Positions 1-12,449 are shown, counted from the first letter of the stretch. The stretch is 64,000 nt of DNA from Camelus dromedarius (GCF_036321535.1 NC_087436.1:118174001-118238000), one strand, 5' to 3'. Notes: generated by a model not told the origin, from the sequence alone. Numbers and translations: made by a program.

Positions 1-59
1 CTGGGATATTAAAAAAGATTGATTTATAAATGCATTTTTATTTTTTGCTTTTCTATGAT

Positions 60-3000
60 AAGTGTATTTTTAAAAGACAATAATAGATCTCCTACATTTT
101 AACATAAATAGCATTTTTAGTAAAAATACCCATTTTTTCCAAAACAAAAATAAAGTGAGAAAATGCCACTGTTTTACATTTTCGCAAATCTTGTTAATAT
201 CTGGTTTTATTGAAAGCAGTATCCTTATACGTGCTTCTACAGTCAGTCTATTGCAATGTGATGCTTTGTTTAAAGTATATGAAGAAAATCCAGTCTCATA
301 CAAGTGTGTAGTTGGTGAAGGGAGGGGTACTTTGATAGCCTTTTTTTTTTTTTTACAGATAATGTTGGATATTCTTCTTTGATACTATTTCAAAACCAAA
401 TGAGTGGCATTTCCTTAAAGATCAGTTGTGGTATGAAATCTGAAACCATGTCAATGAACTTTTCATATTCTGTGACCTTAAAATCCTTTAGTCTCCCTTG
501 AAATATAAGTGGATATTTTACTCATGCATTATTTTGTAACATAATACATCAGTCATTTGGAAAATAGTCACTGATTTATTCAGCCCTTCTAAGTGTTGAC
601 ACACTCCGTTATATAATATTTTTAAATCACACTCACTAATATCACTGCCAAACTCATCAGAAACATCTGTAAGTGTCAGAAAGCTGTCAAACTCATATGA
701 CAGACGTAAGTTTCCTAAAAGTCTACTTTTTACTTGAAAACTCAAATTTTATTATCAACAACAAATACAGATTTTTTTTTCTTGAAATGACAGGCTTACT
801 TCATTCTTCTTCAGGTTTGTAGGTTGGTTAACCTCTGAAGTAGAAATGGCATCCCATGAAGAAAATGTTTAGTTCTGCTTATGATTTAACTGCAAAAAGT
901 TGGTTTGTTTTCTGGAGAGAAGTGCTTTAAACAAATTTCCCATTTGCCACACAGAATATCAAAAAGAAAGGATATGAATTTAATAAAGTTTTTTTCCTGC
1001 TTCATCAGTGCCATTCTTTAGTTTTTTGATTGAAGTACAGTCAGTTACAATGTTTCAATCTCTGGTGCACAGCACAGTATCCCAGTTGTGCATATACACA
1101 CTTATATTCGTTTACATATTTTTTTCATTAGAGATTATGACAAGATACTGAACATAGTTCCCTGTGCTATACAGAAGAAATTTTTTAAAATCTATTTTTA
1201 TATATAGTGGCTAGCATTTGTAAATCTCAAACTCTCAAATTTATCCTTTCCCACCCCCTTTCCAGGTAACCGTAAGATTGTTTACTAAGTCTGCAAATGT
1301 TTCTGTTTTGTAGATGAGTTCATAGTGTCCTTTTTTCTTAAGATTCCACATATGGGTGATATTATGTGTATTTTTCTTTCTCTTTCTTCACTTCACTTCA
1401 CTTTACTTCACTTAGAATGACATTCTCCAGGTCCATCCATGTTGCTGCAAATAGCATTATTTTATTCTTTTTATGGCAGAGTAGTATTCCATTGTATACA
1501 TATACCACAACTTCTTTATCCAGTCATCTGTTGCTGGACATTTAGGTTGCTTCCATGTCTTGACTACTGTATATAGTGGTACTATGAATATTAGGGTGCA
1601 TGTATCATTTCACATTAGAGTTCCCTCCAGACATTATGCCCAGAAGTGGGATTGCTGGATCATATGGTAAGTCTATTTTTAGTTTTTTTGAGGAATCTCC
1701 ATCCTGCTTTCCATAATGGCTGCACTAAACTACATTCCTACCAGCAGTGTAGGAGTGTCATCAATGCCACTCTTAAGTGAATTTGATTTTTATTTGTGAG
1801 TGTGTGGCAGTGAGAAATGCAGTGACCACTGGTACGGTTTGGTGCCACTTCTGTAATTCGTGCAAAGGTGCTACCTGTGTTACCCATCATTGAATTTGCC
1901 CTGTCAGTGAGAACACATTCCAAGATTCAAAAGCCAGTCAGCTCTTGGAAAATTTCAGCACGACCATTGCAAGGCATTTACATAAAAGATCTTCTTTGAT
2001 GATTGGTTGGTGCTGATACCAGAGGAATACAGGCAGAGCTGCAAGTCCAGCCATGTCTGCAGATTCATCCATTTGTAAGACAGAATTACAATTCTGCGGT
2101 TGATTGGCTCACTCGGTCTTCGTGTTTGCAACCAACACCGTAACTCAAAAGGTTACTGCATTGTTGGAACCTGGCAATGCTGTGATCTCTTTTGCTGGCT
2201 TGCCATCCAGCAGACATTCAGCAATGTCAGAGGTACAAGGCTTTTTCTGCCTCTGAGCTATCATTTCTGCTCCCTCAGCCAATGAAATGTAGCGACTTAC
2301 CCTGTCACATGCTTGAGTGGCTTTTACGTTTATACCGTGAAAACCTGTAACAAACAAATTATTTTTTGCCTTTTAAAGAACTTGTTTTGTCTGTTTAAAA
2401 TATTTAGTTCCTTTCTCTTTAGACTCTGAATGATTTAGTTACAGAATGTTGGTACCATAATTTAATGGGAACCACAGTTTAATTCTAAAGTGCTCTACTC
2501 CGTAAAGCACAGTAAGATAAATTATTAACATCTGTGAAGCTGAGGGAACTAAAGTAGTTTTGTTTGTTTTCCTTTGTTCTGTTTGTATTTTTACTTAATT
2601 TCTCTGGAGTAGAGTCCTCTCTTCCATGAGTCAGAATAGTCTGATATGTCAGTTTCGTCTTCTTCAGCAATGTTAGTCAGAAATGATTCAGCTGCGGGGC
2701 GAAGAGGTGAATTGTCTAAATCTGTTAAGCTGACGATCTATCCTTAAACATAAGAAAAATATAAATGTTCATTTACATGAGAGTAAAATATTACTAAGTT
2801 ATAAAATAACAAAAGTTTTAGATAAGATTTTAAATTGTTAATCTTTATTTTCTAGAAATCATTTTGAAATTATTTCCTAAATATTATTGCAAAACAGGAC
2901 AACATAGAATAGTTTTTATGTTTCTGAGTAAGAATGAGGAGAACTTCAGGATTGCAAATGAACAATTTATTGGGTGATAATGAGGTTACAGATGTTAAGC

Positions 3001-3323
3001 AAGATGTAACCAAAGATGGCTAATAAGAACACAGTGGAAATTCTGAGAACAAACTGAGATCACCTTTGAAAGTGCACATATGTATACCTCAAGCCTGCTG
3101 CCTTAGAAAGCTCTAGACAACATAAGAATATACAAGCGTACATTCCATTTTAATCTGACATGGTAACATGTCATGCGGCCTTTGGAAAACTCCACTACCC
3201 ACTCCTGAGAGTATGAAGGTTTTTGGCGAATCAAGACTTAATAGTATGAAGATAATTTTGACCATGTGGACACCCTGAGAAAGTCTTGGAGATCCTTAAA
3301 AGAGCACACTTTGAGAACCACTG
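60..3323 (-). mobile_element. Charlie1-type hAT DNA transposon fossil with degenerate transposase, interrupted by an L1
   Basis: The minus-strand terminus CAGTGGTTCTCAAAGTGTG lies at 3323-3305. Broken reading frames give a BED-finger-like region (~2490-2560), KPC..DIAECLL..K.AKEITA.P.SN (~2150-2250), catalytic QMDES (2075-2061), TD..SM.G...HCISH (~1800-1915) and C-terminal YETGFS...NRL..IKPDI..ICEN.KQ.H (~160-300). The other TIR is not seen. Confidence 0.88.
1019..1757 (-). mobile_element. 5'-truncated L1 (ORF2 C-terminus and 3'UTR) nested in the Charlie element
   Basis: Typical L1 3' sequence on the minus strand. 17-bp TSD tcatcagtgccattctt (1002-1018) / tcatcaatgccactctt (1758-1774). The minus-strand target reads TT/AAGA. 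Confidence 0.9.
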
Positions 3324-3578
3324 GTGCAGAGCTTAGGGTGCTTATTTGAGCTAGTGATGTTGTGTAAAAGAGCACGGAGGCACATGGATACATGTGAAAC
3401 ACCGAGTGCAGGTTCTGGCCCAGAGCACTCCAGAAACGTTAGCTGCTGTTATTACAGAGCAGACCGGAATCTACGGAAAACTTCCCCAGGAGAAGAATAC
3501 GATGAGGAGAGTGCCAGGATGGAGCCTTCAGGAACACCAATATTTAAGAAAGAGATGGATTATCAAGACGTTACAGGA

Positions 3579-3754
3579 TTCCATGTATAAGGGATATCGA
3601 ATGGGATTTGTCTTTCTCTGTCTTACTTCACTTAGTATGATCCTCTCTAGGTCCATCCATGTTGCTGCAAATGGCATTATTTCATCTTTTTACAGCTGAG
3701 TAATATTCCAAGTCAACTGTACATCAATTTTAAAAAGTTGTAATTGGAAAAAAA
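3579..3754. mobile_element. Short L1 insertion with 5' inversion (twin-priming type)
   Basis: An antisense L1 3' segment (3579-~3710) is joined to a sense L1 terminus and A-tail. TSD aagacgttacagga (3565-3578) / aagaagttacagga (3755-3768). Confidence 0.75.
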
Positions 3755-3807
3755 AAGAAGTTACAGGAACAGCAGAGGTAGAGGAAATTGAGAAAGAGTG
3801 GTTATCA

Positions 3808-4204
3808 CAAGAAGTAAGTCAGAGAAAGACAAATATCATATGATATCACTTATATGTGGAATGTAAAAAAATGATACAAATGCTATTTACAAACCAAAAA
3901 CAGACTCACCGGCATAGGAAACAAACTATGGTTACCAAAGGGGAAAGGACAGGGAAGGATAAATTAGGGATTGGAGGTGAACAGACATGAAAATAGGTAA
4001 ACAACAAGGGCCTACTATAGAGCACAGGAAACTAGTCAATTTCTTGTAATAACATACAGCAGAAAAGAATCTGAAAAGAAAAAAAATACATGTATGTATG
4101 TATATGTATAACTGAATCACTTTGCTGTACACCTGGAACTAACATTGTAAATCAACTACACTTTAATACTTTTTTTTAAAATAGAGAAACATCTTTAAAA
4201 AAAA
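3808..4204 (+). mobile_element. 5'-truncated L1 3'UTR
   Basis: Reads gaagtaagtcagagaaagacaaatatcatatgatatcacttatatgtggaa... through to an A-tail. TSD aaagagtggttatca (3793-3807) / aaagagtggttgtca (4205-4219). Confidence 0.9.
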
Positions 4205-4801
4205 AAAGAGTGGTTGTCATAGTGATGGGTGGGAAACTGCCAGCAGACCTGAGTCTATGGCAGAGTCTATGGAACGCTCCATGGAAACTTCTGGAGACAG
4301 ATACAAGACAAAAGGAGATAATCAGGCAAGCCTGCTAAGGTAGGTACAGTGTCCTGGGTCCTCCAGGCTTCCCTGTCGGGTTGTGCAGCAGTGGGGAAGG
4401 TCACCGCCAGGAGCGAGAAACTCCGCTGTGACTCTCACGAGGAACTTCTGCCCTTCTGCCCTGTTCCTTATCACACTTGTAACTACTTGTTTTAATTGTG
4501 CCTCCCTGGGCTCCAGGAGGTAAACAGCTCATAAACGACTTCTTCCGTGCTCTGGCTGCTGTGCCTCACATACAGTAGACACTCAATAAATATTGACTGA
4601 TTAAATGAATGACTGGATGTGACCTTAGAAAGGGTAGTCCCCAAAGGACTGGTTGTGGGTGGAAAAGAGAAACCAGATTACAAAGGGCTGAAGACTGATA
4701 GTCAGGGAGGGAGGAGAAGAAACACTTGTAAACATATATTTAAAGCAACCTGGCTGTGAAGAATCAAAGAGGAATCAGTGGGGATTCACAGCCCCACGAG
4801 G

Positions 4802-4939
4802 TGGGGGAGGGTGTAGCTCAGTGGTAGAGTGCATGCTTAGCATGCACAAGGTCCTGGGTTCAATCCCCAGCACCTCCATTAAATAAACAAATAAATAAAC
4901 CTAATTGCCTCCCCCCTAAAAAAAAGAAGTTTAAAAAAA
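4802..4939 (+). mobile_element. tRNA-Ala-derived SINE (camelid Vic-1-like)
   Basis: tRNA-Ala(AGC)-like head at 4807-4878 with A box (tagctcagtgg) and B box (ggttcaatcc), then an AT-rich body and A-tail. TSD acagccccacgagg (4788-4801) / atagccccatgagg (4940-4953). Confidence 0.88.
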
Positions 4940-5417
4940 ATAGCCCCATGAGGATGTAGGGACCAGAGAGGATATCTGTTTCCAGGGGAAGGATTAGCAG
5001 AACCTTGTGCTGGGACGAAAGAGCAGAGAGAGAGAGAACAGAGACACGAGCAGACGAAGCCCATCGTAAGGGTGGTGAGAGTTCATTCATGCACTTACTC
5101 ACTCACTCACTCACTCATTCATCAAATAGTAACTGGATGCCGTGTGCACAGTTTCACGTGGTTGCTTGAGATGGGCCAGAGAAGGATGGAGGTGTGTCCC
5201 TGTCATGTGTGGATTTGGAGATGAAGTAGACTTGCTCCATCCTTTACTAGTGGGTAGCTTTGGGCAAGAAGCTCCATCCGCATAAACTCTAGATTCCTCA
5301 CGTACAGAGCAGGTTCTTTGCTGTCTGCCGCACAAGGTGGTTGTGCGAAGTGCTGTGTACCGTGTCTAGCACCCGGTGGTTGCTGGGTGGCACAGCCCGG
5401 TGGACCTGAATACTTGA

Positions 5418-5510
5418 TTTTTTTAATGGAGGTGGTGCTGGGGATTGAATTCAGGACCTTGTGCCTGCCAAGCACGCGCTCTACCACCGAGGTCCCCCCT
5501 GCTCCCCTCC
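5418..5510 (-). mobile_element. Second, more diverged tRNA-derived SINE inserted in a MIR
   Basis: The reverse complement reads ...ctcggtggtagagcgcgtgcttggcaggcacaaggtcctgaattcaatccccagcacc...tccattaaaaaaa. It is flanked by short atacttg duplicates. Confidence 0.8.
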
Positions 5511-5720
5511 ATACTTGGTTCGGAATCTCAGCTCCATCCTTTACTGGCTGTGTGACCTGGGGTCAGTTACCTAATCTCCCTGTGCCTTGGTTTCCTTTCT
5601 TCAGAAAGGGAACGACAGTGCGTGTCCCTCTCAGTGTTACGGGGAAGGTGGACCAGGGTGGGATGCAGCAAGTGCTTCGCACAGTGCAGGTGGGGGGACG
5701 TGCTCTGTAAGTCACTGCTG
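5511..5720 (+). mobile_element. MIR SINE
   Basis: MIR core: ...tactggctgtgtgacctggggtcagttacctaatctccctgtgccttggtttcc... Confidence 0.75.
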
Positions 5721-7705
5721 TTCTTCTCAAGGCTTCCCCTCTCCTTGGAAAGGTTTTCCTACAGCACTGTACATGGTGTGGTTTTTTTGGACCATTCAGA
5801 GGCTAGGAAGAATTTTGAACATGTGTCTACAGGAAGAACCTTGTCTTCCTTCTTTAGATTATTCATCCCAGATTGCATGTCAAACTCAACCCAGCAACTT
5901 TATCCAAGATCTTGTCCCTGTGAAGACAATTTAAGATATGTCAGATATGTCAGAAATTTGCCTACATTGGACAAGTTGGCATCATAATTTACCAAATCCA
6001 AATTATAACACAACTTGTTATTTTTATGGGATAAAGTATTTGTCACTGAGGAAGAGATTCTGTTGAGAACAGTCTACTCCAATCTCATTTGGCTAAAAAT
6101 AGAATCTTCAATTGGAACCTTTGAACCCAACAGCACTTCAGATTCTTAACAAGGCTGACAACAGCAGGTCCTGGGTATAACTTCCTCCTCCCTAGAGTGA
6201 GTCTGCAGAAGTGAGGAAAGAGGGGCGGGACGCAGAGGAAGGAAGGTGGGCTACCTGGCAGGCAGACCTGGGCTGGAGTCCTGTCCTTGTCACTGACCAG
6301 CTCTTCAACAAACAAGGTGAAACTGAGCGTCTGCTGCCAGGGGACCTGCAGGAGGGGACGGGGCGGAATTAGGTGCCGGGAGAACCGGGACGGGGTGGGG
6401 TGACGGTGGGGGCAGTTTGTGGGAGTGTCTGGACTCTTCCTGGCAGTCAGCTGCGCTGTGTTGGACAGCACTGCCTCCCAGGCTGGCTTGTACTAGGAAA
6501 GTTCTCCTGCCCTCCTTGGAAATAAAATTCATTTTTCTATAGCTAAGCCCAGAGCACTCCTTACGATAACGGCAGAAAATGCTTCATCCTGGCTACTTCC
6601 TCTTGGCTATCGTAGGGTGTAGAGCAATTCAGGACGTAATCACATGGCCGGTTAAATCACTAAGCTCTTCAGAGGCAGAGAATATGCCTTAGGTTTGTAC
6701 CTCCAGCACCTAAGAGGTTATCTGAGAAAAGGAAGATTTTCAATAAATGCTCACTAATAACACAAAAATAGTCTTCCATGTAAAGTTTTTGAGGTAGCCA
6801 GCATGACAAGATAATTCACTCTCAGAAAAATGTGCTGGAGACTGGAGGCAGATTGTGCCTGAGGTTTCAGTGCTAGCGTCCCTCAGGGCTGGGGTTCCGG
6901 GCCCCCCTCGCTCTCATTCTAACACCTTCCCTCTCTTCCTCTGCTGCCCTCCCCTCGCACGTGCCGCCAGTGCCCACGCGGGGCTCCCCAGGGCAGACCT
7001 GATCTTCGAAGCTGCAGGGCCTACAGTTCTTTCTTCGTGAGTGAGACGCGTCTCAAACTCACTACGTCTAACGCTGGATTCTTGGTGTTAGCCTCTAAAT
7101 CTTTCTTCTGCAGTTTCCTAGGTCCGTAAGAGGACAGCAGCTCGCCCACTGGCACGCCTGTTCATTCATTCGACACACACCTGTTGTGTGTCAGCGGTGT
7201 ATCGGGGACCGCGCTGAATGTCAGGGATGCAGTGATGGCTAGGCAGGTCGTGACCTGCCCTCACTGGCCCTTCACATCTTTTCCGTAACCTTTACCCATC
7301 ACATGCAATCTGTTACTAAGTCCTGTTACCCTACTGGAAAACATACCTCTGGTCATTCCACTTCCCTCCACATCCACTACCATCACCTGAGTCCAAGCTC
7401 TCATTCTCTGTCAACTGAACATCCATCCACAGCATCCCCACTAAGTGATTTTTGTCGTACGCATGCTTAACCCCCTCTTCTGTTCATTTCCCCCACTGCT
7501 ATCATGGTTAAATGCTTTAAAGGCAGTCCTTCTGACATCATTCTCTGGGTTAACGTCGTCCAGGGGCTTCTCATTACTCTTAGAAGATGGCATAAAATCC
7601 TTAACATGACCCATGAAGCCACAGACAGTTCAGTCCCTGCTCACTTCTCCACTTTTACCTTCTACGATACTCCCCTTCCCTCTCCGTGATGAAGCCACAT
7701 GTGGC

Positions 7706-8012
7706 CTCTTTTATTGAGATACAGCAGAAACGTAACATTATATTAGTTTCAGATTTACAACATAAAGGTTTGATGTTTTTATATATTGTGCAATGATGAT
7801 CACAGTAAGCCTAGTTGACGTCCATTAGCACACAGAGTTACAATTTTTCTTTCTTGTGATGAGGATTTTCAAGATCTACTACCTTAACTTTTAAATCTAC
7901 AACACAGTATTATGCGCTGTAGCCAGTATTATGCGCTGTAGCCAGCATCGTGCGTGTTCCATCCCCAGGACTGACTTACTTCATAACTGGAAGTTTGGGC
8001 CTTTTGACCATC
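7706..8012 (-). mobile_element. L1 3' end (L1MA-like) with an internal 19-bp tandem duplication
   Basis: Starts tttattgagatacag...ttagtttcag.... The unit cagtattatgcgctgtagc occurs twice (7905-7942). Confidence 0.75.
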
Positions 8013-8214
8013 TTCCAGAGGTGAAGCTTCAAGGGGAAGTTCTAATTCTCCAAAAGATCACCTGGACACTCCTGGTCATTCTCCCCTTGTTCCAGGGTCC
8101 GTCTTCTGGACTCCACGCCTTCTGCTCCCAGACACTATCTATAAAGATCTACAGTTGTGCCTCCCCTCCAAGTCTCCTCTTTTCCTGGATGAATAGCCTT
8201 TGTTCTTTCTTTAC

Positions 8215-8720
8215 AATCGTTTAGCTTTTAGAAAAATTAAATGCAGACAGAAAAGTGCACATGAACCAGCACCCAGAACAAGAATCAGAACATACCGGCA
8301 CCCCCACGGTCCCCTTCAGTCTTTATCCCCCAAAGTAGCCACTATCCCAACTTGGAACAACATAGATTGGCTTTGCCTGCATTTGTGTTTGTATAAATGC
8401 AATCAAACAGTAAGTATGAGATGTAGATTAAACGCACCCCAGACGGAGCCGGAGTCCTTGTGTGAATTCACCACATTTCCTAGTTCATTCTGCTGCTGCT
8501 GGGCTTTTGAGTTACTTCTCGTTTGGGGCTATAAAAAACAGTGGTGCTATGACCATTCTGCTGCAGGGCTTTTGGTGTCAACATATGCACACTTCTGCTG
8601 GGTGTAAACGTGGGTGTGGAATTACGGGGTCACAGCGCGTAGGTGAAATGCTCGCATGTAGTTTGAATAGATACTGTCCAACCGTTTGCCAAAGCATCTA
8701 TACCAGCACCATCTCCTCCT
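8215..8720 (-). mobile_element. Old L1 (L1MC/ME-like) 3' fragment
   Basis: Degenerate L1 3' motifs: tttggggctat..., acatatgcacacttctgctgggtgtaaac..ggaattacggggtcacag. Confidence 0.65.
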
Positions 8721-9299
8721 CACACATTTGTTACTGATTGCGCTGCGTAGGAAGCTCTCTGATGAACTAGATTTGTAGGAGAGCTGGAATATGTGACTGA
8801 GAAGGAGAGAAAGGATTGTCCAGAACCTCCAGGAGTCATTGGGACTGAGTTAAGTCTCAATTCTGCAACCCCTCAAAGGGTGTTGTGGTCAGGCTTGGTC
8901 AGGTGCCTGAGCCACTCCCTGTGACCAGGGGGATGGGACCATCTGACTAGGAAGCCTGGCTGTCATGCAGGCTCCCTACTGCTCTGCCAGGGGTGGGACA
9001 TGGTGGTAGACAGTCCTGTTGGGAGGGAAGACTGCTCCTCTGTGTGAGCATCTAGCCAAAGGCTAAAAGGCAACTATGCTGGGTGGCCAGACCATTCCTG
9101 TCACAGGAACTGTGGCATCAGACTGCCAGGGTGCCCCTCCCTTTCTCCACCTGCCCGAGGCTGCTGCTTGGGGGACCACTGGGAGCATCACATGAGGAAC
9201 TGGATGTGAAAATGCTGTGCAAACAAGGGAAACATCTGCAGATGTCAGTTATTAATGTCCTGCTTCCATTTCATCCATGATTGTGAAGAGTTTTTCCCA

Positions 9300-9790
9300 C
9301 TCAGAAGATTAATCATAAGAAAGAATCTGGCATCTTCAGTGAGGTCTGTGGGCCCAGCTGGATTGAATTGTTGCGGAATGAAGAGCGTGCAGATGGTTTC
9401 TCCAAGGACTTAACAGAAATATTAAGACAACAAATCTAGGATGATGGAAAGGACTTACTAAAAAGAAAAAAGAAATACGAGCTGGAAAGGAATGTGACCC
9501 TTACCAAGAGTGGACCACAAGAAGGATGGCGTGTGACCAAGGGGAGAAGCAGGTAGCAGCGTGTCATCACCCAAGGACACGTCACTGCCACACTCGCCCT
9601 TTCCCCCAGAGAGGAGCGTGTCAAGGCGAAGTCTACCTTAGACGTCTCCACTGCCAGGAGAGACATTGTGTTTGTTGACACTGGAAATTTAAAGTGGGCT
9701 TTCTGGTAAAGGACCACTGGACTCTTTTGTCCTCTCTCACTAATATTCAACACTGACTTAGATGAGAAGATGGAAAGAGAATCATAATAC
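9300..9790 (+). mobile_element. Possible CR1/L3 LINE fragment
   Basis: Weak resemblance to recalled CR1 RT-region sequence (gggcccagctggatt; ...aatattcaacactgacttagatgagaag, an INDLDE-like stretch). Confidence 0.4.
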
Positions 9791-9900
9791 CTGGGTCCAA
9801 ATCAGAGGTAGAGGCCTTCCCCTGCCTCCAAAAAAAATACTCCTTTTTCTATGTCTTAGGTTTTTTATTTGAAAATAAGTGAGTTAAAAAATATACAAGG

Positions 9901-10420
9901 TTGTGTCCATCAACAAATGACTGGATAAAGAAGAGGTGGTATATTTATACAATGGAATACTACTCAGCCATAAAAACCAACAACATAATGCCATTTGCAG
10001 CAACATGGATGCTCCTGGAGAATGTCATTCTAACTGAAGTAAGCCAGAAAGAGAAAGAAAAATACCATATGAGATCGCTCATATGTGGAATTAAAAAAAA
10101 ACAAAAACAAACAAACAAAACAAACAAAACATAAATACAAAGCAGAAACAGACTCATAGACATAGAATACAAACTTGTGGTTGCCAAGGGGGCGGGGGTG
10201 GGAAGAGACAGACTGGGATTTCAAAATATAGAATAGATAAACAAGATTATACTGTATAGCACAGGGGAATATACACAAGATCTTATGGTACCTCATAGAG
10301 AAAAACATGTGGCAATGAATATATGTATGTTCATGTATAATTGAAAAATTGTGCTCTACACTGGAATTTAACACAACATTGTAAAATGACTATAACTCAA
10401 TAAAAAAAGTTTAAATAAAT
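9901..10420 (+). mobile_element. Young L1 3' end (ORF2 C-terminus and 3'UTR)
   Basis: Encodes CPSTNDWIKKRWYIYTMEYYSAIK...FAATWMLLENVILTEVSQKEKEKYHMRSLICGI, followed by AATAAA and an A-tail. Highly similar to 45004-45474. Confidence 0.92.
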
Positions 10421-10499
10421 AGAAAAACTGAATTTCCTACCCTAAAATAAAACAACAAAAACAACAAAAAATAAGAATAAAATAAGAATTAAAAGAAGA

Positions 10500-10563
10500 C
10501 TATGCTGTACACCAGAAATTAACACAACATTGTAAACCAACTATACTTCAATTTAAAAAAAAA
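10500..10563 (+). mobile_element. Very short L1 3' terminus
   Basis: tatgctgtacaccagaaattaacacaacattgtaaaccaactatacttcaattt followed by poly-A. Confidence 0.75.
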
Positions 10564-10951
10564 GCAGAAATGCGTTCTCTCACAGTTCTGGACTGGGGAC
10601 AGAAGTCCCAAGTCAAGGTGTCTGCAGGGCTGTGCTCCCTCTGAAGGCTCTAGAGGGAGGATCTCTCCTTGCTTCTTCCATCTTCTGGTGGCCCCAGGCA
10701 TTCCTGGGCTTGTGGCTGCGTCCCTGCAGTCTTTGCCTCCCTCCTACGTGGTCCTCTCTCTGTTACTCTCTCCTTTTCTGTCTCTCTTGAGGATGCTTCG
10801 TTGGATTCTGAGCCCACCCTGATTCAGGATGCTCTTACTGTGAGATCTTTAACTGAACTGTATTTGCAAAGACTCTTCTTTCCACCTGAGTTCACACTTT
10901 CGGATTCCAAGTGGGCACGTCTTCTGGGGTGCCATCATTCAACCTCTTACA
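10564..10951 (-). mobile_element. MaLR LTR (MLT1 family)
   Basis: Reads cagaaatgcgttctctcacagttctgga...caaggtgtctgcagggctgtgctccctctgaaggctctag..., the typical antisense MLT1 sequence. Confidence 0.85.
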
Positions 10952-11451
10952 AACGTTTTAAGTGACATCCTTTTTAAAGGGATTGCTCAAACTGTGGATG
11001 GCAAAAATCTCGATTTCCTTTTATCTGTTTTGGCTTACATCCTGGGTTCAAACCTGGCAATTTGAAATTTATTCTGATAAATAGAAAGTTCAGCATTTAG
11101 AATCAAACAATTAATTACTCAGAAAATTGTGGGAAGACCTGACTTGGCAACAGTTCATAAAACGTTTAATTTGACCAAAAAATTGGCACCCACCATCATT
11201 GTGTGTAAGTGGTTATCCACTCATTCAATGAATAAATATGTTCTGATACCAGCTTGTGCCAGACATTGGGCAAGCTTACGGAGAAAGAAGAGGGAATTAC
11301 ATGCGGTTCTTGCCTGCCATGGTGGTGGGGAGCATTCAACAAGGTTTGTTGGCTGAATATTGAATTAAGGAGACTGGTCTAGGAGTGGATACAGACAAGG
11401 CAGCATACATTTGCATTTGATGTTTGCAGGAGGCATCGTGAGGGTTCATCT

Positions 11452-11970
11452 TGCTGTTGAGTCCAGACTCGTCTTGCTCACCGCACGACAGGCCAATAAA
11501 TTGGGAGATGACGTTTTGGGGCAAGGAATAGCGACTTTATTCAGAAAGCCAGCAGACCGAGAAGATGGGAGACTAATGTACTGGAGAACCATCTTCCCCA
11601 AGTCAGAATTCAGGTTCCTTTTATAGTAAAGAGGGGAGAGGGTATGGTTTGTTGTTGCAAACTTCTTGCTGTTGGAATCCTTCGTGCTTACAGCTGTCCA
11701 CGTAGGTCAGGTCATGGTGTCCCTGTAAACCTCCAACAAGGCAAATGTTATTTTCTGTTCTGCAACTTTTTATCATTATATGAATGGGAAAGTGTTATAC
11801 CCTTAAAAGTCAGAATCTTGAGAATGGACTATCCTGTAAGTTTCAAGCTATAGCCAACATTCTTTTATAAAAGGTGCAAAACCAGCATGACTAAGCATGG
11901 GAAACAGAGCACAGGGTTAGAGCCAAAAGAGAGCTCTAACACGGAGTCAGGTTTGTTCTTCCGTATCACA
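11452..11970 (-). mobile_element. Solo ERV1-class LTR
   Basis: About 520 bp bounded by TG...CA. Minus-strand TATAAAA (11625-11619) lies upstream of minus-strand AATAAA (11541-11536). The TSD is not clearly readable. Confidence 0.7.
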
Positions 11971-12449
11971 GTGTCTGTGCACAGAGGAGGCAGGCATCAG
12001 TCCTCCTGGGGAGGAGGTGGGGGAGTGGCAGACAGACCAAGGTCAGTGACTATCCTACAGGGTTCTGCTCTGTACGACCATCATGGTGGTAATGGGGTCA
12101 ACTCCAGGGAGCCTTGTGTCAGCGCACTGCACTGAGAGGAGAGTAAAGGGTGATGAGGGGCTACAAATTATGTCCAAGAAATCTAAGCCTCTCTTTTAGT
12201 AAGAGAGGACCAAGGTTAGTCAGGATACTATGATAATGGGATGGAGATGACCAGAACACCTGGTCTGTGGGCAGGGCAGCCTCGTAGACCAGTGCGAGGA
12301 GCAGAAAGCAGGCCCGGGTGAGATGGGGTTGGGGAAGTGGACCCCTGTGCAGCATGGTCCTGGTGGTGCCTGATGTGCCACTGGATGGCACAGATTCAAG
12401 CGTGATTTAGGCAAGTGGAAAAGGTAGCATCTGGAAGGTGGGCCATGAC

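Noticed and set aside
70..2670. Domesticated ZBED/Buster gene
   Set aside because: The transposase is fragmented by stops, frameshifts and an L1 insertion.
4807..4878. Functional tRNA-Ala gene
   Set aside because: It carries a SINE body, A-tail and TSD, and a second diverged copy lies at 5418-5510.
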